This document shows, piece after piece, positions 32,134 through 44,973 of a stretch of 64,000 nt of DNA. Position 1 is the stretch's first letter, and each line of letters opens with the position of its first letter. The translations under genes were made by a program, and so were the position numbers. Below the pieces are notes generated by a model, which was not told where the DNA came from, did no database searches, and saw only the letters and a list, made by a program, of their open reading frames with translations. This stretch comes from Octopus sinensis (Eukaryota), in contig NC_043007.1 in the NCBI RefSeq assembly GCF_006345805.1, positions 56,234,001-56,298,000 of the forward strand, in the 5' to 3' direction.

Positions 32134-32355
32134 GGCGGCGAGCTAGCAGAATCGTTAGCCTGCTGTATGTCGCCCGTCGCTACGTTTTGAGTTCAAATTC
32201 TGCCGAGGTGGATTTTGCCTTTCATCCTTTCGGGGTCGATGAAATAAGTACCAGAAAAACACAGATCGATGTAATCGACTATTCCCCACTCCACAAGTTT
32301 GAGGCATTGTGCCTCCAGTAGAAAGGATTATTATTATTATTATTATTATTATTAT
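32134..32355 (+). mobile_element. SINE family 1 with (TTA)n tail
   Basis: ggcggcgagctagcagaatcgttagc head, gagttcaaattc B box, gcctttcatcctttcggggtcgat core, agtagaaagg(att)n tail. Confidence 0.85.
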
Positions 32356-33751
32356 GCACCTGGAGAGGCAAATCCATGCCGTCCAACAGCGTCGTAGGGC
32401 GCTGGACAGACGGACCCGTTAAACTGCTCGGGGTCTGGTTCGGTCCGGACCTCCAGGTGGATAAAAACTGGGAAGAAGTGACGAGCAGGGTGGCCAATCT
32501 TACCCAGAAATGGACAGAGAGGAAGCTGCCCCTGAAAGGTCGAGCGGAAGTGGTGGATACGTACATCGCATCCGTCATCTATTACCGCTTGACCGTCGTC
32601 CCTTGTCCCGACTGCTGGTTAGCCAAGCTGGTACGCTTGTTCTTCGACTGGTCAGGCGATCCATCTGCTGTCAACGACCGCTGAACGGAGGCCTTGGCAT
32701 GCCGTGGTTACTGATGCGCAGACATGCGCTCAGGCTAAGGCATCTCAAGCGTTTCCTAGACGGTGCACAGGTGTGGTCGTCTTTTGTCAGACGCGACTTT
32801 CCGCAGCTCGTCTCTTTGACAGAGCTGCAAACATGGATCAAACGCAAACCGAGCGGGCAATGCGATCGGTCGTAGTTCCACTCTAGAGTTCTATAGAGGG
32901 TTAGTGGAAGAAAAGTGCGACGACGTTATCGGGGAAACTCTAGGCGTTGACGATAATGAGCTGAGCAGTCTGTTCGGAAGGACTTTCGGCCGGGGCCAAT
33001 TGATAATTTCCAGGGGTCCCTCGCCTGGCAGTGTTACCGAGGGGCTCTGCCTGTTCGAGATAAACTCTACTGGCACGGAAGTGCCGTCAGCCGGGGCTGC
33101 CCGAGGTGCTGCCAGGACGACGAAACCGTTCTGCACGCTCTCGTCCAGTGTCCGAGTATTGCTGAACTATGGGTTTATGTCGAACAGCTACTATCGCGTG
33201 TAGGACGGATCCGGCTATCAGCTGAATCCATAGTGAAGATTATCCCGCCGACCTCCTTTAACCGGGAGGGCAAGGCAGATTTCCTTTGCCTAGTGACTGT
33301 AGCGAAAGAGGTGGTATGGTGGACCCGTTTGAAAGGGCTAAGGTCAGACACTTTCCTCTTTGGCACAGGCCTCATCAACTTTTTCAAGTTTCACTTGAAA
33401 AGGAAGATGAGAGTAGAGAGGGAAGTGCTGTCCAATAAATGTCGCAAGAATGGCCAGTATGAAAGGAGCCATTCTGAGGATACACCTGTAAAAAAAAAGG
33501 TATTACAAAAGGAGAAAGGGACTCTCTACCCCGCTTTTGACCAGACTCCCGTGGCTTTTATGGGTTTTTCCACCAGGAACCTTTCGAAACGTCTTCCCCT
33601 ATTGGGAGTTTTTCATTATTATATTTTCGTTGTTAAACTGTTTTTTAGTCGGATTTTACAGACGGATAAAACCCTTTGTAACTTTCGTCCTGTGTTTTGT
33701 CCCTTTATATCATAATTAATTTTTATCAGACTTTGTGGCCAATAAAAGAAT
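32356..33751 (+). mobile_element. Tx1/L1 5'-truncated copy, internally deleted
   Basis: VKLLGVWFG...LPLKGRAEV, GGLGMP, AKEVVWWTR; AATAAA then (TTA)n; (TTA)n also at the 5' junction. Confidence 0.85.
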
Positions 33752-33776
33752 TTATTATTATTATTATTATTATTAA

Positions 33777-33849
<73 letters not shown>

Positions 33850-33855
<6 letters not shown>

Positions 33856-35018
33856 TGGTTTTATTTTTATAGCGTGCTTTCACTCCACTACAGAGAGCAG
33901 CTCTGTGTGCTTTGGGTATGTGCTGTGATTTGTTGTGATGCTTTGATGGTTACTGTATTGAAAGTGTTTTGCGTAGGATGTGTGCAGTGCCTAGTAGTGC
34001 AATTTTCTGTATGTTATATGTCTTTGTAAGTCCTGGTGTTTTTGTTACGTATTTGTCTGAATATTTTTTTATCATGCCTAAAGAAATGGAGAAACTTTCA
34101 AAATACAAAGACCTGGAAATAGAGGTAACTAGAATGTGGAATCTAAAAACAGAAACAATTCCCATCATAGTAGGTGCTACTATGATGGGAGGTAACTAGA
34201 ATGTGGAATCTAAAAACAGAAACAATTCCCATCATAGTAGCACCTACTATGATGGGAATTGTTTCTGTTTTTAGATTCCACATTCTAGTTACTTCTATTT
34301 CCAGGTCTTTGTATTTTGAAAGTTTCTTTTAGAGACACGTTGCCATCTGCTGGTATTGATACATCAATTACAAAGCATTTTTCTTCTTCATGATCTCTGA
34401 CAACTATATCTGGCCTGTAGGCCTTAATTTCTCTATCTGTGTGTATTGGCATATCTCAGAGTATGGTTGCTTTCTCGTTTTCTGTGACCGTTTCTGGTGT
34501 GTGCCTATACCATCTTTTTTCTGTTGTTATTCCATAATGTTGGCATAGCTTCCAGTGTATGTAGGTCCCAACTCTGTCGTGTCTGTGAATATATTCCTTC
34601 TTAGCCAGGACTGGGCAGCCAGAGATAATATGATTTATTGTTTCTTGTCCATATCCACATATTCTGCAGTTACTTGTTATATTTCTTTTCATTATATGTT
34701 TTTGGTCATTTCTGGTGGGGAGCTTTGGTCTTGTGCTGCAATTAAAAATCCCTCTGTCTCTGATTTGAGTCCTGAGCTTCTCATCCATTGCTGGGATTTT
34801 TCTTTGTCTATTTCTTTTGCATTTAGTTTAGTCCAGTATTTGCCATGAAGGGGCTTTTCTTGACATCGTTTTACCATGGTCCGTTGCTGTTCTAATTTTA
34901 GTTTTGGATTTTATTTGCTTTATAACTTTTGTTTCTTCTTCTTCTTCTTCTTCTTCTTCTTCTTCTTTCTTCTTCTTCTTCTTCTTCTTCTTCTTCTTCT
35001 TCTTCTTCTTCTTCTTCC

Positions 35019-35049
<31 letters not shown>

Positions 35050-36297
35050 CTTCTTCTTCTTCTTCTTCTTCTTCTTCTTCTTCTTCTTCTTCTTCTTCAT
35101 ACACGTTAGGTGGTATGATTTCTTGTTTGTATTTGTCAGCTTCCTTAAATACTGAGATCAGTTTTTTGTTTTGCTCGCGTTTTCCTTGCTTCTGAAGTAG
35201 ATATTTTTGCAGTCCTATGGTGGTTATTTTATAATAGTTTTCCAGCTTTATAAGGCCTCTACCACCTTCAATACATTGTATATATAGCCTTTCTATGTCA
35301 GATTTTGGGGGATGCATCATAGATCCTGTCATTATTTTTCTTGCTTTCCTATCTATTTTGGTTAGCTCATTTAGTGTCCAGTTAAGGATATTGTAGCTGT
35401 AACTTATAACTGGGACGGCTAAAGTGTTAATACATATTATCTTGTTTTTAGCATTGAGCTCTGTTTTTAGAATTTATCTAACTCGTCTATAGTATTCTTT
35501 CTTTATTTTCTCTTTGTGTGTTGTGTCTTATCTAGTTCATGGATTCCTAAATATTTGTAAGTTTGGCTTTAGTCTAATTCTCTTATTTAATTGGTTTTAT
35601 CTAGTGCGATGCTGCTACTCTTAACTAGTTTTCCTCTTTTCAGGGTTACTTTGGCGCATTTTTCTTAGCCAAATTTCATATCTATTTCTTTGGTAAATCC
35701 ATGAACTGTTTTTAGTTGTGTTTCCAGCTGTTTGTCATTTGTAGCGTATAGTTTTAGGTCATCCATGTATAAAAGGTGGCTGAACGTATTGCCGTAACAT
35801 TTATATCCGCATCCAGTTCTATTTAGCATATCAGATAGAGGTGTCAAGGCCAAGCAGAAAAGGAGTGGAGAGAGCGTGTCTCCCTGGAATATTCCTCTTC
35901 TAATGGGGATGGCTTTGGTTTGCATGAGTCCCTCTTTTGTTTGGAGCTGTAGCACTCTCTGCCATTTATTCATAGAGTGTCCTATGTATTTTATAATTGT
36001 TGGTGCTACTTTGTTAATGGCTAGTGTTTCGAGGATCCATGTGTGGGGGATGCTATCAAACGCCTTTCTGTAGTCGATCCAGGCCATACTGAGGCCTTTC
36101 TTCTTTCTGTGGCTGTCTTCAGTTATGGCTTTATTGATCATTAGTTGATCTTTACAGCCATATGAGCCCTTGCGGCATCCTTTCTGCTCTTCTGGAAACA
36201 GGTTGTTTTCGTCCAGGTGCTTGTTTAATCTTTGTGATATTACTGCAGTAAAGGCTTTGTATGTTATAGGGAGACACGTTATAGGTCTGTAGTTTTC
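33850..36297 (-). mobile_element. R4/Dong family B copy 2 with internal inversion patch and (GAA)n expansion
   Basis: WIDYRKAFDSIPH, GIFQGDTLSP, YMDDLKLY; nearly identical to 19838-22110. Confidence 0.95.
34934..35097. repeat. (TTC)n/(GAA)n expansion within the Dong ORF
   Basis: Direct reading; only a short interrupted run at the homologous site 20765-20781. Confidence 0.95.
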
Positions 36298-36308
36298 TTC
36301 TTCTTCTT

Positions 36309-36391
<83 letters not shown>

Positions 36392-37265
36392 CATCTTCTT
36401 TCAATTCTGTTTCCATTTCTTGCAGTGTGTCTTATTGACACATGAATCATTGGTAGGCCATTAAAATAAATACACCATATTGTACATTTACAAAGTCATG
36501 TGAGAGAGAAAAAGGGGAAGAAAGACAGAGGAAAAGGAAAAATAAACAATTAAAAAATACATTAAAAATATAAAATTATCTAAAATGTAAGCAAAGAAAA
36601 TAAAGGGGAAAAAGGGAAAGTTCACAGCGACAACGCTCTTCTCAGTACGTGTGACGTACCAGTTAAGAAAATCTTTTGCACTTCCTGCATGAATGATAAG
36701 CGAGTGATAATTCTTAGATAATTTTCAGTTCCTTTTTTGACTATTCCAGGTGCTTCTACAATCATTGTTATTGTAACTGTCATGAGATGCCACATTTTTT
36801 CGATTTCGATTAGCAAATCTTTATATTTTCTGAGCTTATCAAATTCTTTTTCCGAGATATTATGGTCACAGGGTATGCTCGTGTCAACCAATAAATAGAC
36901 TTTATTGTTTTGGTCTATCAGAACAATATCTGGTTTGTTTGCTTTGATGGTCCAATGAGTACATACTGAAAAGTTACAGTCTCAGGATGATGCTTCTATC
37001 ACTTGTCAGCAGTTTTAATTTTATAATGCTGACACATTATCCAATGTAGATATTGGCCAACTCTGTCATGTCTTGATTTGTACTCTACAGATGCTAAAAC
37101 CCTTAAGTCAGAGATTAGGTGGTCCACTGTTTCAATCACATTGTTGCAGTATCGGCACTTAGGGTCTACATCACTTTTCATCACATTGGCTTGATAGTTC
37201 CGGGTCAATAATCTCTGATCTTGAGCAGCCAAGATAAAACCTCCACTTTCTACCTTTATCCCTGA
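36392..37265 (-). mobile_element. R4/Dong 3' fragment (family F)
   Basis: AAQDQRLLTRNYQ, CRYC...DHLIS, VDTSIP...KYKDL; 3' UTR similar to 17030-17130. Confidence 0.8.
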
Positions 37266-37321
37266 GCTCTGTAGCCACTGATGAGTGTGCTTCTGCTCTC
37301 CATCAGCTTATTATTATTATT

Positions 37322-37780
37322 ATTGAGTGAGAGAGCAGTTCTTGCCATCAAAGTGACACTGGGGTAAAATATACCCAATATACCCATCATGACTACCCGT
37401 CTGATAAGAGTACACCAGGCACATGCATCACAACCATATGTGCGCGGCATGGTGATCTCATATCAAGATAAACAGCGCATGACCTTGCAGGTGGGGCCCA
37501 GTTAAAATTTTCTTCAGGTTGAGTAGCCCATCCCGCTCAAAAGGTCCCTGAATAGGGGTTGTTTAAGGATGTTGAAAGAACCACCCATGTTTCCAGAGGT
37601 CAATTATTCAAACCCTAAAGAATGCCTCTCAACACATGGCTATGATGCTCCCCCACTACTTCTGCTCGTGATCAGAGGTGCACATATCATCAGCCACTAA
37701 GGGACATGCTCAACTGGTTAAGGTCAAACAACTGACAAGCAAATCTGTGGTATTGAGCAGAATATTTGCTGTAGCCCATT
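37322..37780 (+). repeat. About 460-bp dispersed repeat, inverted copy at 60665-61090
   Basis: Long collinear reverse-complement match; triplet repeats at the flanks. Confidence 0.8.
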
Positions 37781-37784
37781 ATTA

Positions 37785-37844
<60 letters not shown>

Positions 37845-37847
<3 letters not shown>

Positions 37848-40800
37848 CTTTTAATCTGTATGTTTGTTACTATCACTCACCGAGAAACACCCAATATCCT
37901 AGGGCGAGTAGAGAGAGTAAGTAGCAGGGGCATGTAATACAACAAATACTTTTAAATTGATAGGGATTTTCTAATGATGTGGGAAGCACTTGTCAGCGCA
38001 GTCTTTTGAATTTCCCTGAGACATGGTTCTCCTGGGATATTATCTAGATGTTTTTCACATCCCTTTTTTATCATACCAATGACACCCACAATAACGAGAA
38101 TAGTTCTCGCTTTAAGATGCACATCTTTTGTATTTCAATTTCCAGAACTTTATATTTACTTAATTTTACAACTTCCTTGACCGATATATTTTTATCAGTG
38201 GGAACACTTATATCTACTAATCTACAAGTATTCTTTTCTCTGCCTTTAATGACTATGTCTGGCTCGCTCTGTCAGTGTTGACTGGAAAATCCCAGAGCTT
38301 AGTGACATTTTTACCTTCAACGGCTAGCTCAGGATGATGTTCATACCAGTAAGAAGGAGTGCTGATTTTGTAGAGTTTACATATTTTCCAATGTAAACAT
38401 TGTCCTACCTTATCGTGACAATTTTTGTATTTGTTTCGTGTCAGCACAGGACATCCCGAAATGAGATGGTCTATTGTTTCATCAAATGCATCACAGATTC
38501 TGCATTTCCGGTCAGAACCGTTTCGAAGAACGATAGTCTGGTAGCTTTTGGTTAGCAAGCTTTAATCTCGTGCCGCCAATATGAAACCTTCACTCTCTGC
38601 TTTCAGTCCTGAGCTTCTCACCCACTGATGGCTTGCTGCTTGATCTATATCAGCATTTCGGTTTCGAAGTATATACTGTCCATGCAGAAGCTTCTGGCTC
38701 CACCGCTCCTCAATTTGTTTCTGCCCGTTCTGTTTTACAGTCTATTTAATCCGTTTTGCATTTTTCGAGGCAGTGGCTTCAGGTAGACAAATGCTACCTT
38801 TATGTTCCCTTGCGAACCGGCAAGCTTCCTTGACTATAGAATGTAATATTTTGCTACTTTCATGTTTGCACACAAGCCGCAGCATTCAGTCCTCTGTGCC
38901 AGATAAGTACTTGTTTAATGCTATTGTGCAGGTCTTATAGCACAGTTCTACCTGCATCATTCCTCTTCCTCTTTTACGTCTGGGTAGGTACAGACGAACA
39001 ACATCTGCTTTTGGGTGGTGCATGTTCTTAGATGTTAGTAGTTTTCTTGTCTTCCTGTCCAGGCGTTGGAGTTCTGCAAGATTCCAGGTAATGATGCTAA
39101 AACTATATTGGACTACTGGAAGTGTCAGGGTGTTAATGGCTTCAATGCGATTTTTGGAGTTAAGTTCAGATTTTAGTATGAGTCATATTCTTCTGTAATA
39201 CTCCCTTCATATTTTTTCCTTCATAGAAGCATGTTGTATACCTACCCCTTCATTTATCTCCAGGTATTAATATCTTCCGTGTGGGTCAAGCTCCTTGATG
39301 GTAGTGTCGGTATCTAATTTACTGGAAGCTGTTTGCTTGAGATTTCCTCTTAGATAAGTTGCTTTAGCACACTTATCAAGGCCAAAATCCATCCCGATGT
39401 CATTGCTGAACTCTTTAACAGTTGTTAACAGCCCTACTAGCTCTTCATCATTTCTAGCAAACAACTTCGGATCGTCTATATAAAATCGATGATTTACTAT
39501 AATATTATGCTTTTTGAACCTATATCTGGTGTTACTTAGTTCGTTTGAGAGTGGGAATCAGTACCATGCAAAAGAGTAATGGGGAGATGCCGCGTTTGAT
39601 GTTGATGTTGTTAAATTGGTTCATTCGATTACTATGGTTTAGAAGGAGACGTGTATTCCACTTGGCCATGGGACTTTGTAAGAATGTGGAGACTGTAGGA
39701 GAGATCTTATATATCTCAAGGGCCTTGAGTAGCCAATTATGAGGGACACTATCAATCGCTTTCCTGTAGTCTATCCATGCCATACTCAGGCTCTTCTTGC
39801 TGCTCCGGCAATTCTCTATAATTATTCTATTTATGAGTAATTGATCTTTGCATCCATAAGAATTCTTTTTACAATCTTGTTGATCATGTGGAAGGATAGC
39901 ATTCTGTTTCAGGAAAGTGTATATTCTTTCAGTTAGTATCGATGTGAGGATCTTCTAGGTGATGTTGAGACATGTTATTGGCCAATAATTCGTTTTTCGT
40001 GTCTTCAGTTTTTGGTAGAAGGTATGTTGTTCATTCGGTCAGCCAGGCAGGTATTTGCTCTGGGTTCTGAGGGACATCAGTTAGGGATGCAGGAAAATTT
40101 TAGTGTACTTCTGTCAAACAATTCAGCCATAAGTTGTGGATCTGGTTCAGTCTGGAGTTCTCCATTTGTGAAATTTCTAAGAACACATCTTATCTCTTCT
40201 ACTCCTATTACTTCCCATTTCTGCTCTTCAATTTCACCCAGTCTCACTTTCTCACGTTCTATCCAGTGAACTTCAGCATTATATTATTTTTTGTTGCTCC
40301 ATATCTTTTCCCATAACTCAGTCTTAGGTGGTTCCTTTACTTCTATCTTGCTTTTACCAATTTCCCAATAAATTTTTTTGCATCCGTCTTGAATACCTTG
40401 TTTTGTCTATAAAATTTGATTCTTCTGTCATACCTTCTGAGCCGTTGGGCATTCAGTTGTATTTGTTGTTTCCCTTGTTCTTTGATTACGGGAAGGTTTA
40501 TAAAATCTTTGATTTAATATTTTTGCTTGATTTTTCTTGCTTGTTTCGTCTTATCATTTACTCCTCTAGCAAGTTCATCGAAAACTGATACATCTGCCCA
40601 CAAAAATTCGATCTGTTTTTGTATTTCTACTTTCCACTTAGAAGGTCTATTGACATGGTCGGTCCTTTTGTGAGTCGTTTAATTGAGCAGCTACAACTTT
40701 AGCAGTGGAATAGATGCGGTTATTTAAGGTTGTTAGGTCATTCCCTTATTTCTTAAGATCTGTCTAAGAGCAATATTATATATATCATGATTATGTTATA

Positions 40801-41035
40801 TTTATGTTACTTGGTGGATACCTGGTAGTTTGCATTTTTGAGTGTTTGTTCCAGCAGCAGACTTCGTGACCCCAGTCTGGTTTCCCACTGGGAAACGCGG
40901 TTCTTGTCCCGGGCGATGACCGGTCCAGCATGAGTTTTGGCTTGTCATTAAAGCATTGACAGTGACAATAGGAGACGGGTCTGTTCGTTCAAGGTGGACT
41001 TTTCGACATGACACTGTTTCCTTGCTCTTCAACTA
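37845..41035 (-). mobile_element. R4/Dong family G, long degenerate copy
   Basis: WIDYRKAIDSVPH, FARNDEEL...FGLDKCAK, CRICDAFDETIDHLISGCP, N-terminal KWKVEIQKQI. Confidence 0.85.
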
Positions 41036-41170
41036 GATATATTTATCATATCGTAGGCTGATAGATGTAAAATCGCCTTTTTTTTTTTTTTGGTAGCTAT
41101 ATTTCCGGGCATAACTGTTTAAACTGTTTAGTGATATTTTTAAACTGAGTGACTAGTGTGCTCCTTTTTA

Positions 41171-42440
41171 CGAGGGGCGTTCAATAAGTAATGCCTCTGA
41201 CCCACTTGCAATTATTCGATCTAGCTGATATTTTGCATGTGCAATTACTTATATCTCTATAGATTAGATTGCAAATTACAGCTCTGAACTAATTGTGGTT
41301 TCTGATTTACATGTGTTTGAACTGAGTCAAGTCTGAAATGGAGCCTGTTGAGTGTTGAGCAGTGATCCGGTTTTTGTATTTGAAAGGACGCACACCACGG
41401 GAGACTTTTGACGAAATGAAAGTAACTTATGGTGATGATGCCCCATCATATGACCTTGTAAAACGCTGGTATCGTGAATTCAAACATGGTCGGAACTCTG
41501 TGGAAACAGCTCCCAGATCTGGTCGCCCCCTCTCTGCCATTGATGAGGCATCTGTCTGTCAAGTTGAGGCTGCCATTTTGGAAGATCGACGCATAACTAT
41601 TCGCCAAATAGCCCATGAGGTCAAGATTAGTACCGGGTCTGTGGAAACTATCATTCATGACCATTTGCATATGCAAAAGGTGTCTGCCAGATGGATTCCC
41701 AGGTTGCTCACACCTTTCCAGAAGCAAGAACGCGTCGAGTGCTCGAGGATGAATTTGGAGATGTGCCAAGAAGATGAGTCAAAATTTTTCAAAAGATTGA
41801 TTGCACAGGATGAAACCTGGGTCCATCACTATGATCCAGAGACCAAAGCCCAGTCAATGCAGTGGAAGCACCGTGATTCACCTCCTCCAAAGAAGGCAAG
41901 GGTGCAGCCCTCCGCTGGCAAGGTCATGCTCACAGTCCCCTGGGATCAGGACGGAGTAGTGATGACAGATTTCCTGGCAAAAGGTACCACAATTACAGGA
42001 GCCTATTATGCTTCACTTTTGAGGAAATTAAGAGAAGCTATCAAAATCAAGAGGCGGGGCAAGATCAGCAAAGCATCCTCCTCCTGCAGGACAACGCTCC
42101 GGTTCACAACTCGCGTGTCGCCAGATCAGAAGCACAGGCGTGCGGCTATGAACTCCTCCCCATGCACTCTCTGATTTTCACCTCTTCCCAGCCATTAAGT
42201 TGTTTTTGAAAGGAAAGCGTTTCCCAGATGATGCAGCCTTGATTACTGAAGTCACGTCGTGGTTGGAAGAACAAGCTGGGGTCTTCTACAAGAACGGTCT
42301 CCAGAACTGCATCAAACATTGGGAGAAATGCGTAACTCTGGGTGGTTTCTATGTAGAAAAAGACTAATAACTGTGCCAAGTTTCGTTGCTCTACTGCTAT
42401 GGGAAGTGGGTTAGGGGCATTACTTATTGAACGCCCCTCG
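41171..42440 (+). mobile_element. Mariner transposon (irritans-like) with both TIRs and TA TSD
   Basis: TIR CGAGGGGCGTTCAATAAGTAATGCC perfect over 25 bp at both ends, TA flanks; ARWIPRLL, QDETWVHHYDPE; frameshift near 42075 and YSPDLAP motif deleted. Confidence 0.95.
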
Positions 42441-43249
42441 TATACTCGTTAGTGGGAAGTCGCCATGTTTTTGTTTAGTCCACCGTCGCTCGTGAGAAGT
42501 GTTTTTCTTTTATTTTCTGTGTGTGTGCGTGTGTGTCGTGTAGGCATTATTTATGATGCATGTAAATATTCTTTTCTACTCGAAGCATAAGGCCTGAAAC
42601 TTTGGCCAATTTCTACCAATATATAGAACTCGACCTTAAACTGTCTTCTTGCATTTCATTTCCACTAAATATATCTATTTCCACGCCTTTAGGCTTTGTT
42701 CCTATTCATCTATCGCTCTATATTTCTCCACTCTTAGTTTTCTGCTAATTTCTCTCTTCCTCCTCCTCTTTCTATAAATTGCCTCTGACGTTAAATCTAT
42801 TAACATTTTTTTTAAAGATAACTTACCAGCGTTCCATTTATCATAAATGCAGTAATCACATTCGGTTAAAATGGCTTATTGATGTGTTTTGTTTCTCTTT
42901 TTTTTTCCTTTATAAGAAGATCGCATTGTTTTATATCATTCTATTCCCTCTGTTTCTTCGCAACAATTGTCGGAAGTATAAAGATTTGAATAACATCTGT
43001 GTTTAACTCCATTTCTTTATTTATCTATGTTAAACAAAAACAGTTCACTAAACCCTGGAATTTCTGGCTGTTACATCCTTGGTACTTATGTGAATTTTTG
43101 CTACCCTGGTAACTATCTATTTTTCTCGTGTTATTTGTACTCAATGAAAAAACACACATACATTTATATATATATATATATTTGATAAATTAAATTATTA
43201 TCGTGTAAGATTTCATCACGAAGGAAGCCACCCTAATGAGGGGACATTA

Positions 43250-44347
43250 TGTTTTTTTTATATGAAATACTTAAAACGCCATTTATATACTTAATGTACT
43301 CATGCAACGGCTGTAGATGATGTCCTTTAAACCCGAGTTTGTATATTTACCTTATGTAATAATATTTTACCACATTTATTTCCTCTGTATTTTTAAATTT
43401 TCAACTCTCATCCAATAAGTCATATAAACATCAAATTCTTAATCGATTGGAAAATGTGTACACATACACATTTTCACACACCTCGACACCTCAACCCACA
43501 CCCACGCCTGTGCAGCAGAATTCCAACAAACCAACCGTAAAAAAAACCTTATATGCTCATCGAGATAAACAACTTATACTAATTATAATTTAAATTCAAA
43601 TCCAATAGTGTATTTATGTCTAACTGGAACCTGGACATACACATGTGCCACCTTGGATCCTAATGTAAGCGTTATTAATAATATTATGAATGATAATAAT
43701 GGTAGCATTAATGGTATTGACAAAGATAATGATGCTAACTTTAATGACACTTTGGAAATTAGTAGGAAGTAATATAATGTACTATTGACTATGTATATTT
43801 GCATCTAGGTACTAATATGTGTATGTTTATTATCACAATATTAGGTTGAAAAACTGAAACATTGAATGTGGAACATATATATGTTTACTAATTTATATTA
43901 TTTATTTACATCATTATGTATATGTATATTTTTATATGTATAGAAGTGTGAGTATATGCACTCATGTGTATATGTATATCTCCGAAGAGGCCTTATGATA
44001 TTTTTGTAAATGTCTCATTTATATCTATATATTGACCTACCATAAAAGGCTAATATTGGTAAAATGAGACATAATTATCTACATGGCCGAAACAGCTGTA
44101 AGATGTAATCTATACTTATATTTATATTTACTTATATTTATATTCTCTTTTTTATATATATTCTACTTATACAACATTACTCTTTTATGTACACCTTTTT
44201 ATGTACATTCCTTTATGTACACTGTTTTGTTCCGCTTTTTTATGTTTAACCCTACAGTCTCTTATGTGGTCGTTTAATAAAGTATGTGATTGAGTATTAT
44301 CTGGTAATTGATATTTGATTTAGATGTATTTCTCAATTTTCTTATCT

Positions 44348-44350
<3 letters not shown>
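43250..44350 (+). mobile_element. Degenerate PLE 3' end / pseudo-LTR region
   Basis: Weak GIY-YIG-like remnants (IDWENV with one frameshift near 43445), hammerhead at 43975, AATAAA near 44276. Confidence 0.4.
43975..44107 (+). ncRNA. Minimal type I hammerhead with long stem II insertion
   Basis: uauaucu-CCGAAGA-ggcc-[96 nt]-ggcc-GAAAC-AGCU-GUA/agaugua: stem I 7 bp, palindromic loop III AGCU. Confidence 0.7.
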
Positions 44351-44395
<45 letters not shown>

Positions 44396-44793
44396 TTCAG
44401 CAAAATTTAGATTCAAATGAATATGGTGCTTAAGTTAGATGCACCAGAATTTTGTATGGTGTTATCCATATAAATCCCTGGGGTGATTATAATCAAAATA
44501 AGCAACAAGAATAACTTCGGTTAAATCCACATCTTTGTCTATATATCTACCTTCTCTATAATGTTATCAATTGATATGAAAATTATGTATTAATGGAAAA
44601 CCTCTATTAATGGCTGATGAGTGCTCAGCATTTTAAAGCTGTTGTAATACTTACAACATTTAAAAAAATGATGTAGCGTGAAACAATCCTACCAAATTAC
44701 CGAAGTTATTCTTGTTGCTTCCATGTTGGATCGTTAGCCCCTACACACAATTTTTTTCTCTCCTTGTTTCTCTCCTTGTTTCTTTTCTGTGTA

Positions 44794-44831
44794 TCTTTCT
44801 GTCGAAGAGCGTAGGCTCGAAACGTAAAAGA
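44794..44831 (+). ncRNA. Minimal hammerhead-like fold, core variant A6U
   Basis: ucuuu-CUGUCGA-A-gag-cguagg-cuc-GAAAC-GUA/aaaga. Confidence 0.55.
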
Positions 44832-44910
44832 CTTGTTTTATTTCTATTCCTGAGCGCCATACTAATACATTATTTGTTTGTACTCCACCTGCCTTCGTCT
44901 TTTGTTTATT

Positions 44911-44925
44911 TTCGTAAACCTTCCG

Positions 44926-44961
<36 letters not shown>

Positions 44962-44973
44962 CGGAAGGTTTAC

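Noticed and set aside
37278-37308. CTGATGAG...CTC hammerhead-like start
   Set aside because: No GAAA or cleavage strand; it is the antisense of Dong coding sequence (HQWLQSSG).
40840-40940. GC-rich hairpins at the 5' end of Dong family G, considered as an HDV-like ribozyme
   Set aside because: Could not assign the P1/P2/P3/P1.1 nested double pseudoknot by eye; may simply be coding or UTR sequence.
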